Source: Chiloscyllium plagiosum
Taxonomy: Eukaryota
Assembly (NCBI RefSeq): GCF_004010195.1
Contig: NC_057749.1
Location: 16,881,750-16,945,749 of the forward strand
DNA length: 64,000 nucleotides
Direction of reading: 5' to 3'
The translations under genes were made by a program, and so were the position numbers. The first letter of the stretch is position 1; the number at the start of each line of letters is the position of its first letter. Shown in pieces: positions 55,101 through 61,280 of the stretch. The notes beneath the pieces were generated by a model. The model saw only the letters and a list, made by a program, of their open reading frames with translations, searched no databases and was not told the origin of the DNA.

Positions 55101-56205
55101 CATCATAACCAAAGACTATGGTTCATCTCAGTATCCATTCAAGATTTCTACGCTCCTCGAGTTCTGGTCTCTTGTCCTTCACTCAACAAGTCAATAATGA
55201 TCTTGCCTTCAGTAGCCTTGTCTCTAAATTCTGGAGTTGCATCCTTCAACTTCTCACCTTCTCTTGTTCTTTAAGACATTCCTTGAAATCTACCTTGAAT
55301 GAAACGTGGGGCATAATATTCTGTTAAAGGGTCAACATTAGTCCAACAAGTTGTTGTTGATCCACACTCTTTACTAACAATAAACCTAGCTGAAAATGTG
55401 TTGCTGGAAAAGCACAGCAGGTCAGGCAGCATCCAAGGAGCAGGAGAATCGACGTTTCGGGCATGAGCCCTTCTCCTGCTCCTTGGATGCTGCCTGACCT
55501 GCTCGCTTTTCCAGCAACACATTTTCAGCTCTGATCTCCAGCATCAGCAGTCCTCACTTTCTCCTAACAATAAACCTAGGCAGGTTTCAGTAGAAAACTG
55601 TAACTTCACAAGATTCCTTTTCCTTCATCATCACCTTCTTCTTTGCAGAACTATGACTAATGACTTTCATTTCAACCTGTTTCTTACACTGGCTAGTGAA
55701 CTGGATAATATCCTTGAATTGTCAAGTAACATACTGCTGTTGCTGAGTGCGCTTGGTTTGGTTGTACAAATGTACAATAGAAAAGATCAGGCTTCTGCTT
55801 GTACCTCCGCAAACTGCTCCCACTGCCATCACTGGCAGTAACAGCACTATAACCCTGAGCACTGCATTCCTCTGTTATACAGCCCACAATGCTCTATATA
55901 AATACAACCCAAACCAGTAATTGGAAGGATAGGTAATTTCATGCAAATCCTTTAAAACAGCTGAAAAAAAGGTTTTGCAGGTCTAACATCATTCTTTACT
56001 AAAACCAAAAATGAAATTCTACAAATATAACGCAGGACTGGGAAGGGAGGGGAATACAGGCAAAGGATATCTGTCGGCCATGTTTATCCATTGCAGGCTG
56101 GCGTCGGCGAGGTGATATCATGTGACTCCGGTCTCTGTGAACCCTCTCCACCAAACCGTGATGCCGTGTTCCTCGTGTAGAATCCAGAGTGGGATGGAAT
56201 GACAT
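13932..56205 (-). CDS. CRTC3: CREB-regulated transcription coactivator 3 (CRTC3/TORC3), partial spliced CDS, 13 coding exons (probably exons 3-15); 5' exons outside the window
   Basis: Exons join in phase: 135+62+66+104+36+86+50+218+293+171+84+202+209 = 1716 nt. CRTC family motifs: [33 protein letters not shown]-terminal acidic TAD ending [13 protein letters not shown]3-type segments, compared with human CRTC3 from memory: [44 protein letters not shown]. Family certain; paralog call by recalled similarity. Confidence 0.9.
14916..15117 (-). CDS. CRTC3: CRTC3 coding exon (probable exon 14), 202 nt, [10 protein letters not shown]...GNIPNIILT(G)
   Basis: ctcccacag acceptor, gtgag donor; LEQFNM and IPNIILT motifs. 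Confidence 0.94.
15385..15810 (+). mobile_element. Deu-domain SINE (SacSINE1/AmnSINE-like); related decayed copies near 29650-30030(-), 34480-34790(-), 45650-45960(-), 51390-51720(+), 63200-63420(-), 63815-64000(+)
   Basis: tRNA-like head gtggctcagtg plus ggatgtaaaagatcccatggca...gggaagttatccctggtgtcctggacaat, matching the Deu core as I recall it. Confidence 0.65.
17212..17295 (-). CDS. CRTC3: CRTC3 coding exon (probable exon 13), 84 nt, [28 protein letters not shown]
   Basis: tttaacag acceptor, gtatgg donor, phase 0/0; resembles the CRTC segment that precedes LEQFNM. Confidence 0.82.
19015..19362 (-). mobile_element. HE1-like V-SINE
   Basis: Same head, V-domain and tail on the minus strand. 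Confidence 0.82.
19495..19710 (+). mobile_element. HE1-like V-SINE, 3' half
   Basis: aaagatgtgtaagttagggtgg...ccacactgttgggattctatgattctat. Confidence 0.72.
20133..20303 (-). CDS. CRTC3: CRTC3 coding exon (probable exon 12), 171 nt, [22 protein letters not shown]...LHSPT
   Basis: ttcacag acceptor, gtaagt donor, phase 0/0; GVxLDTS...LPPYP as in CRTC proteins. Confidence 0.9.
21000..21335 (-). mobile_element. Third SINE family (tRNA-like head, tail ...aataaatgctggcc); copies also near 26600-26950(+), 46800-47015(-), 54180-54520(-), 62380-62710(-)
   Basis: Shared block aaccacatt..tgggtctg(g)agtcaca..tagg(c)cagacc..gtaagga..cagatttcttccctaaagg in several copies; family name not assigned. Confidence 0.6.
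21544..21836 (-). CDS. CRTC3: CRTC3 coding exon (probable exon 11), 293 nt, (G)[15 protein letters not shown]...[15 protein letters not shown]...SPTLSSIAQ
   Basis: tttttctag acceptor, gtacgt donor; in frame with ORF 21520..21975; SLSNPS repeats. Confidence 0.94.
21896..22052. mobile_element. Penelope-derived fold-back element
   Basis: Same sequence family as the pLTR at 33440-33532; inverted arms; near-perfect 14-bp direct repeat tgatg(g/a)taatccca on both sides. Confidence 0.75.
22585..23245 (+). mobile_element. CR1 LINE 3' fragment
   Basis: [40 protein letters not shown]1-type 3' end. Confidence 0.85.
23681..23898 (-). CDS. CRTC3: CRTC3 coding exon (probable exon 10), 218 nt, IYPSPEQ...[27 protein letters not shown]...[10 protein letters not shown]
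   Basis: ccttcaag acceptor, gtgag donor; second SIK site NTGGSLPDL; overlaps ORF 23649..23867. Confidence 0.95.
24760..25060 (+). mobile_element. HE1-like V-SINE
   Basis: ggtggctcagtggttagcact head; V-domain; gattctat tail. Confidence 0.82.
25130..25770 (-). mobile_element. Degraded CR1 RT fragment
   Basis: [10 protein letters not shown]...[11 protein letters not shown] (ORF 25559..25741). Confidence 0.7.
25868..25917 (-). CDS. CRTC3: CRTC3 coding exon (probable exon 9), 50 nt, [16 protein letters not shown](S)
   Basis: ttcctcag acceptor, gtgagt donor; [15 protein letters not shown] motif. Confidence 0.93.
27362..27447 (-). CDS. CRTC3: CRTC3 coding exon (probable exon 8), 86 nt, (V)[28 protein letters not shown]
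   Basis: tttttattcag acceptor, gtgagt donor; KPLPKQLWE motif. Confidence 0.92.
28547..28582 (-). CDS. CRTC3: CRTC3 micro-exon (probable exon 7), 36 nt, (V)[11 protein letters not shown]
   Basis: ttctacag acceptor, gtgagt donor, phase 1/1; resembles CRTC3 GFCDGENNGHGE. Confidence 0.8.
29483..29586 (-). CDS. CRTC3: CRTC3 coding exon (probable exon 6), 104 nt, (R)[34 protein letters not shown]
   Basis: tag acceptor, gtgag donor; contains the SIK/AMPK 14-3-3 site RTNSDSAL. Confidence 0.94.
30700..30910. mobile_element. Older Penelope-derived fold-back element
   Basis: Ends ccagcatctgcagtatttt; degenerate hammerhead (gagtc-atattg-gatc gaaa). Confidence 0.5.
31092..31166. repeat. (GA)n microsatellite
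   Basis: Direct observation. Confidence 0.95.
31215..32270 (+). mobile_element. CR1 LINE RT plus 3' fragment
   Basis: [37 protein letters not shown]; 3' tail ctctatga. Confidence 0.9.
32293..32358 (-). CDS. CRTC3: CRTC3 coding exon (probable exon 5), 66 nt, (R)[21 protein letters not shown](R)
   Basis: Pyrimidine tract plus aag acceptor, gtgac donor, phase 2/2; resembles human CRTC3 PPWKDEKHPGFRLTSALNR. Confidence 0.85.
32753..33532 (+). mobile_element. 5'-truncated Penelope-like element (Neptune-like): Cys-rich linker, GIY-YIG endonuclease and pLTR tail
   Basis: Translation CNRKKCKT...[26 protein letters not shown]...ERFREHL, then frameshifted HFNSPSH...[20 protein letters not shown]. 11-bp direct repeat caagttatcag at 32742-32752 and 33533-33543. 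Confidence 0.88.
33442..33473 (+). ncRNA. Minimal hammerhead ribozyme motif, intact core, in Neptune-like pLTR
   Basis: UC CUGAAGA A GGGC-UCAU-GCCC GAA ACGU C^ GA; stem I only 2 bp. Confidence 0.68.
33795..34060. repeat. Degenerate ~69-bp tandem repeat (ctgtatctaacccc..tgtccctgtcctgggagtgtttgatggggacagtgtagagggagctttact)
   Basis: 3-4 imperfect units. Confidence 0.75.
35101..35535. repeat. 23-bp minisatellite (gtgagatgcaggaagagtgaacc)n, ~19 units
   Basis: Highly homogeneous tandem array. Confidence 0.95.
37205..37314 (+). mobile_element. Short (~110 bp) tRNA-derived SINE-like repeat; second copy at 45541-45645(-)
   Basis: tggtagtgtccctacc...ggttcaagtcccacctgctccagag...tgaactggttgattaggaaaata; reverse complement at 45541. 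Confidence 0.6.
38023..38182. mobile_element. Penelope-derived fold-back element with 15-bp TSD
   Basis: Direct repeat caacaggtttgagca at 38008-38022 and 38183-38197; inverted arms; hammerhead motif. Confidence 0.85.
38054..38085 (+). ncRNA. Minimal hammerhead ribozyme motif, intact core
   Basis: UC CUGAAGA A GGGC-UUAU-GCCC GAA ACGU C^ GA. Confidence 0.65.
39653..39714 (-). CDS. CRTC3: CRTC3 coding exon (probable exon 4), 62 nt, [20 protein letters not shown](R)
   Basis: Preceded by U12 branch site TCCTTAAC and AC acceptor; gtaag donor; CRTC YLSPPP..SWRR motif. Confidence 0.93.
41146..41305. mobile_element. Penelope-derived fold-back element
   Basis: gaggaccgcagatgctgg...cgacgtttcgagcataagctcttcatcagg...ttttccagcacc; same family as 21896 and 38023. 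Confidence 0.72.
41241..41272 (-). ncRNA. Minimal hammerhead ribozyme motif, intact core
   Basis: UC CUGAUGA A GAGC-UUAU-GCUC GAA ACGU C^ GA; stem II shows a compensatory G-C to A-U change relative to the 33442 copy. Confidence 0.68.
41725..43480 (-). mobile_element. Rex1/Babar-like LINE RT plus 3' end, interrupted by a V-SINE
   Basis: [17 protein letters not shown]...[10 protein letters not shown]...[61 protein letters not shown]. Confidence 0.8.
41809..42131 (+). mobile_element. HE1-like V-SINE inserted in the Rex1/Babar-like LINE
   Basis: Full length, with duplicated ggcggcacagtgg head; gtaagtaatctaat tail. Confidence 0.88.
45965..46392. mobile_element. Penelope-derived fold-back element with internal ~27-bp tandem repeat
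   Basis: Arms caggaggc..gaagaacgcagcaagccagg..catcaggaggtggagaaggc / gccttctccacctcccgatg..cctgggttgctgtgttcttc..gcctcctg; tandem ccctttataaccaccctgcccc at ~46185-46315. Confidence 0.65.
48345..49895 (-). mobile_element. Nested CR1 fragments (younger copy 48672-49640 inside an older copy), spanning the assembly gap
   Basis: [38 protein letters not shown]...KFADDTK; two CR1 3' tails (~48345, ~48672). Confidence 0.85.
48772..49071. other. Assembly gap (300 N)
   Basis: Run of n inside a CR1 copy. Confidence 0.99.
50600..50992 (-). mobile_element. 3' fragment of a second Penelope-like family (Poseidon-like): GIY-YIG C-terminus plus pLTR
   Basis: Minus-strand translation [58 protein letters not shown], followed by a hammerhead motif. 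Confidence 0.82.
50675..50712 (-). ncRNA. Minimal type I hammerhead ribozyme motif, intact core, in Penelope pLTR
   Basis: GCA CUGAGGA U GUC-A-CC-UAGAC-GG-GAC GAA ACGU U^ UGC: stem I GCA/UGC, stem II, palindromic stem III ACGU. Activity untested. Confidence 0.75.
51745..52068 (-). mobile_element. HE1-like V-SINE
   Basis: Head, V-domain and tail on the minus strand. Confidence 0.8.
52368..52582. mobile_element. Penelope-derived fold-back element
   Basis: Long inverted arms ctggagaacctcagcaggtctgg..atctgtgaaa / tttcacagatgctgccagacctgctgaggttctccag; central CTGAGGA..GGTCA-CC-TGACC..GAAA. Confidence 0.72.
52810..53003. mobile_element. Penelope-derived fold-back element
   Basis: Inverted arms around cAGAGGA A GGGTC-ATTC-GACCC GAAA (degenerate hammerhead). 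Confidence 0.72.
53492..53782 (-). mobile_element. HE1-like V-SINE
   Basis: (ttaga)n tail; V-domain. Confidence 0.85.
55390..55563. mobile_element. Penelope-derived fold-back element with 16-bp TSD
   Basis: Direct repeat ctaacaataaacctag at 55374-55389 and 55564-55579; near-perfect inverted arms. Confidence 0.85.
56071..56205 (-). CDS. CRTC3: CRTC3 coding exon (probable exon 3), 135 nt, [45 protein letters not shown]
   Basis: Pyrimidine tract plus cag acceptor; ends at U12 donor ATATCCTTT; phase 0/0; TRHHGLVER motif. Confidence 0.93.
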
Positions 56206-56894
56206 CTGAGGGTGGCATGAGAGAAAGAAAAAGAATTTTAAAATGCTGCCCACTATCATTCTACATTGATCAATAGGTTACTGTCAATTGCCTCCACGTC
56301 ACATTTAAAAGGACAAAATCCACTGTGTCTCCACAGGGAGTACAATGTGGATAGCAGCACATTGACAATATACTGACAACAGGTTAGTATATATCTGGAC
56401 ACAACACACACCATGTCATTTTATCATTACACAGGTGAAGTAATTCAATCACTGATCCATGCACAATCTGGATTTTATATGTTGCCTTCAACGTACTGAA
56501 GGATCTCAATGTGCTTCACAGGGACATAATTGGACATGATTTGACATCGATCCGTATGTGCAGGTATTAGATTAGGTGGTCAAACGATAGGTCAAAGACA
56601 TAGGTGTTAAGAAGTACCTCACACAGTGATAGCAAGGAAGAGAGGTTAGGGAAGGAATTCCCAAGATTATCACTTCTGCATCTTTTCTTCTGTTCTGGCC
56701 TGCCATCCCTATCTCCTTGTTTACTGACCCTTTTCATGTCTCTCTCTCTCTCTCTATCTCTGGGCTCCATTGCCACCCAACTGCTCACCTCTTCCTTTCC
56801 CTCTGCCCAACTTCAGCATAAAATACTACTTTTTTCTAGCTATTTATAGTTCTGATGAAGACTTGAAACATGAATTCTACTTTCTTCCCACAGA

Positions 56895-58350
56895 TCGGTG
56901 CTGGGTCTACTACTTTTCATCATTTACATAAATGATTTGGATGTGAGCATTAAGAGGTAAAGTTAGTAAAGTTTGCAGATGACACCAAAATTGGAGGTGT
57001 AGTGGACAGCGAAGGAGGTTACCTCAGATTACAACAGGATCTTGATCAAATGGGCCAATGGGCTGAGGAGTGGCAGATGGAATTTAATTTAGATAAATGT
57101 GAGGTGCTGCATTTTGGGAAAGCAAATCTTAACAGAATTTATACACTTAATGGTAAGGTCCGGGGGAGTGTTGCTGAACAAAGAGACCTTGGAGTGCAGG
57201 TTCCGAGCTCCTTGAAAGTGGAGTCACAGGTAGATAGGATAGTGAAGGCGGCGTTTGGTATGCTTTCCTTTATTAGATTAGATTACATACAGTGTGGAAA
57301 CAGGCCCTTCGGCCCAAACAGTCCACACCGACCCTCTGAAGAGTAACCCACCCAGATCCATTTCCCTCTGACTAATGCACCTAACACTATGGGCAATCTA
57401 GCAAGACCAATTCACCTGATCTGCACATCTTTGTACTGTGGGAGGAAACAGGAGCACCCAGAGGAAACTCATGCAGACATGAGGAGAATGTGCAAACTCC
57501 ACACAGACAGTTGCCTGAGGCTAGAATCAAACCTGGGTCCCTGGTGCTGTGAGGCAGCAGTGTTAACCACTGAGCCACCCTGCCGCCCCAAGAGGAGAGT
57601 CAAGGAAAGTCCTTCATGGTACCCTCAGCTGGTGTGGGAATGGAACCCATGCTGTGGGCATCACATTACTTCGCAAACCAACTGTCCAGCCAACTGAGCT
57701 ATACCAACCAGTGAGCTAAACCAAACAGGAGTATTGGTAGGAGTACTGAGTACAGGAGTTGGGAGGTCATGTTGCAGCTGTACAGGACATTGGTTTGGCC
57801 ACAGTTGGAATATTGTGTGCAATTCTGGTCTCCTTCCTATCGGAAAGATGTTGTGAAACTTAAAAGGATTCAGAAAAGATTTACAAGAATGTTGCTAGGG
57901 TTGGAGGATTTGAGCTATAGGGAGAGGTTAAAAAGCTGGGGCTGTTTTCCCTGGAGCATCGGAGGCTGAGGGGTGACCTTCTAGAGGTTTATAAAATGAG
58001 GGGCATGGATAGGATAAAACGACAAAGTCTTTTCCCTGAGGTGGGTGAGTCTAGAACTAGAGGGCATAGGTTTAGGGTGAGAGGGGAAAGATATAAAAGA
58101 GACCCAAGGGGCAACGTTTTCACGCAGAAGGTGGTACGTGTATGGAATGAGCTGCCAGAGGAAGTGGTGGTGGCTGGTACAATTGCAACATTTAAGAGGC
58201 ATCTGGATGGGTATATGAATAGGAAGGGTTTGGAGGGATATGGGCCGGGTGCTGGCAGGTGGGACTAGATTGGGTTGGGATATCTGGTCGGCATGGACGG
58301 GTTGGACCGAAGGGTCTGTTTCCATGCTGTACATCTCTATGACGCTATGA
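56895..58350 (+). mobile_element. CR1 LINE RT plus 3' end, interrupted by a V-SINE
   Basis: [59 protein letters not shown]; tail ctctatgacgctatga. Confidence 0.9.
57272..57587 (-). mobile_element. HE1-like V-SINE inserted in a CR1
   Basis: (ttaga)n tail; V-domain; head ggcggcagggtggctcagtgg. Confidence 0.86.
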
Positions 58351-58718
58351 GATGCTGTCCGACCTGCTGAGTTTCTGTTTTTGTTTCAGATCTCCAGCAT
58401 CCATAGTTTCCTGTTTTGAGATTAGGACCGAGGCAGCTGAAGTCGCACTCACCAATAATGGGGAATTAAAATCAGTGATGCATAAGAAGTCAGATTTGGA
58501 GGCGAGATCTTGGAAGGTTCTCGCAGTGAAGAAGGTTGCAAAGATGTGGAGGTGAAATGACAAGAGAATTTGAAAGCAAGTGTAAGCAAGAAGAAGGAAT
58601 TCCAAAATGCTTTATTTATTCTCAGGGGAACAGACATCCCATCTGAGGAACTTTACCTCAGAGAGACTGCAGCCTGCAACAAAACACCCGCAGCAGCCAA
58701 GCCTGGAAAAGTTCAGTA

Positions 58719-59123
58719 GAAGGAGAAAGTGAGGACTGCAGATGCTGGAGATCAGAGCTGAAAATGTGTTGCTGGAAAAGCGCAGCAGGTCAGGCAGCAT
58801 CCAAGGAGCAGGGGAATTGACGTTTCGGGCATGAGCCCTTCTTCAGGATAGACCCAGGTTCAATTCCCGCCTCAGGCGACTCTCTGTGTGGAGTTTGCAC
58901 ATTCTCCCCGTGTCTGCGAGGATTTCCTCCGGGTGCTCAGATTTCCTCCCACAGTCCAAAAATGTGCAGGTTAGGTGAATTGGCCATGCTAAATTGCCCA
59001 TAGTGTTAGATGAAGGGGTAAATGTAGGGGAATGGGTCTGGGTGAGTTACGCTTCGGCGGGTCGTTGTGGACCTGTTGGGCCGAAGGGCCTGTTTCCACA
59101 CTGTAAGTAATCTAATTTTCAGC
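58719..59123. mobile_element. Composite: Penelope-derived left arm, 5'-truncated V-SINE, residual right-arm end
   Basis: pLTR arm 58721-58848, SINE ~58850-59116, then tttcagc; 11-bp direct repeat aaagttcagta at 58708-58718 and 59124-59134. Confidence 0.75.
58817..58848 (-). ncRNA. Hammerhead motif, core intact, stem I mismatched
   Basis: UC CUGAAGA A GGGC-UCAU-GCCC GAA ACGU C AA. Confidence 0.5.
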
Positions 59124-59346
59124 AAAGTTCAGTACAACCACAGATCAATCCAACACTGGATCATTTCTGGTACCAACCTCAGACTGATCATAAGGAGATC
59201 TTTTGATCTTTTGTCACGATACTGTGAAAAGATTCTCAACAACATTACTGAGCTCATCATTCTGGAACAGTTTATATATTAATGTCAAGTGATGGACTTA
59301 CTGTGCAGTCCTTTCAGTTGCTTCCCATTGGGTTATATGATTAGAT

Positions 59347-59519
59347 TCATGATTAGAAGCAGGAAAATTGATGTTTTGTATAGGAGCCCTTCCTGATGAA
59401 GGGTTCCTGCCCAAAACGTTGATTTTCCTGTCCCTCGGATGTTGCCTGACCTGCTCTGCATTTCCAGCACCACTCTAATCTTGTCTCTAACCTCTAGCAT
59501 CTGCAGCCCTCACTTTGGC
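59347..59519. mobile_element. Penelope-derived fold-back element
   Basis: Direct repeat ttatatgattagat at 59333-59346 and 59520-59533; hammerhead with GAAA to AAAA change. Confidence 0.7.
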
Positions 59520-60733
59520 TTATATGATTAGATGCCCATTGACTGCTGACAAGTCAGCAAGCTGATGTTGACGATGCACCATGTGCACCTTGGGAGCAGG
59601 CAACACCAAAACAGAGCATTAATTGTCACGTCAATTCATCACAGTCACTGATAAAGCATGAGGATTACACTCCTGGGTTACAATACGTTCTCTGAACATA
59701 GCCCAAGTTTGCAAATGAGTGTATGGAGCGGAATATTCTTCCCATTTTACACGAACGGTGTGAAAATGTCATGCACACACAAAGTTCCATTTGATTGGAA
59801 CATAGAGGCTCTTTTCTCACCCTGCTGGTACCCCAAGGCTTTCAAACTATGGCACTCCTCTAGCTGGTGACCAGAGATTCTAAAAACCCAGAGACAGTGC
59901 GGCACAAGTTAGACTCCACACTTCCTCTTAACTTCTCAAACATTAGGGCAGGAACTTGTTAATAAGGATCAGTAACAAGCCCCTTCACACTGCACTGGGC
60001 CAGTGTGCTTGGATGGACACATCTGCTGCTGCAATAAAGTTCAAGTTTCTATCTCGCTACTTTCTATCCTGGACTTAAGAGACAGACCAGCACATAACTC
60101 CTCCGCATTTATACATATTCAGTCTCCGTGGGAACCAGCTCCTGCATTAAAAACCAGGCAAGCATACATAATACATCAATGCCTGTGACATTTTGGCTGC
60201 TCTCCACATGTAATGCTCTCCCATCAGACTAGTGACAAGGGAGGCCAGACAAGTGACAAATATAAAGTTGTCTCCAGTGTCTCCACTGTACAGACCCCAT
60301 ACAGCAGCAACAACATTACAGAGAGACTAAAGCAATCAGCTTCCATTGCCAGCTCCTCTATCTTGGACAGGCTTCATGTGCAGCTCAAAGCATACTTGAA
60401 GCAAACAGCTGAAACTTCAGTCACTTTCTATATCAATGACTTAGATAAAGGGGTTGAATGTACACTTGGTAAATTTTCTGATGACACAAGGCCAGATAGG
60501 AAAGTAGGTTGTAAAGAGGAGGAGTCTGCAAATGGAAATAGATAGGTTCAGTAAGTGCGCAAAAATTTGACAGATGGAGTATAGTAATGTGCAAAAATGC
60601 AAACTTGTTCACTTTGACAGGAAGAATAGAAAAGGATAGAATAAATATTTAAACAGTGTACTATTTAAATGATGAGAAATTACAACACTAGAATGTACAA
60701 AGGGCTTTGGGAGGTCATGGTGCATGAATTAAG

Positions 60734-61280
60734 GGTGGCACAATGGCTCAGTGGTTAGCACTGCTGCCTCACAGCATTAGGGACCCAGGTTCGATTCTAG
60801 CCTCGGTCGACTGTCTGTGTGGAGTGCGTACATTCTCTGCATAGGTTTCCTTCGGGTCTCCAGTTCCCTCCCACAGTCCAAAGACACGCAGGTTAGGTGG
60901 ATTGGCCATGCTAAATTACCCATAGTGTCCAGGGATGTGTGGGAAATGCAGGGTTACAGGGATACCCACACCACAAGAATTAACTTTAACTAAATCTCTA
61001 AGGAAAATCTTTTGAAATTATGGCAGGCGAGCGATGTGGTGGGGGGATTCTGGGATGCTCTTCGGAGAGTCAGTGTGGACTTGTTGGGCTGAATGGTGCT
61101 CCAGTGAAGTCAGCTAACTCTGTAAGACTGAGAAGCAAACACTGGAGCCTCCCTCTTCTGTGTCTTTCTGTCTGGTCAGAAAGAATAGGGAGGTTCCAGT
61201 GTTTAATTATCAGTATTACAGAGTTAGCTGACTTCACTGGAGCACCATTATAATTCCCACACTGTAGGGGGTTCTATGAC
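60734..61280 (+). mobile_element. HE1-like V-SINE carrying two internal insertions
   Basis: Head ggtggcacaatggctcagtggttagc; extra ~70 bp near 60965-61035; palindrome at 61092-61249. Confidence 0.8.
61092..61249. repeat. 158-bp imperfect palindrome; a third copy of the arm lies at 62158-62242
   Basis: aatggtgctccagtgaagtcagctaactctgtaa ... ttacagagttagctgacttcactggagcaccatt. Confidence 0.9.

Larger units (their letters stand above)
39715..56070 (-). other. U12-type (minor spliceosome) AT-AC intron of CRTC3, ~16.4 kb
   Basis: 5' site ATATCCTTT (56070-56062); branch site TCCTTAAC (39730-39723); 3' terminal AC (39716-39715). This junction keeps the frame (KHGRQ|IGSSPY). Confidence 0.93.
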
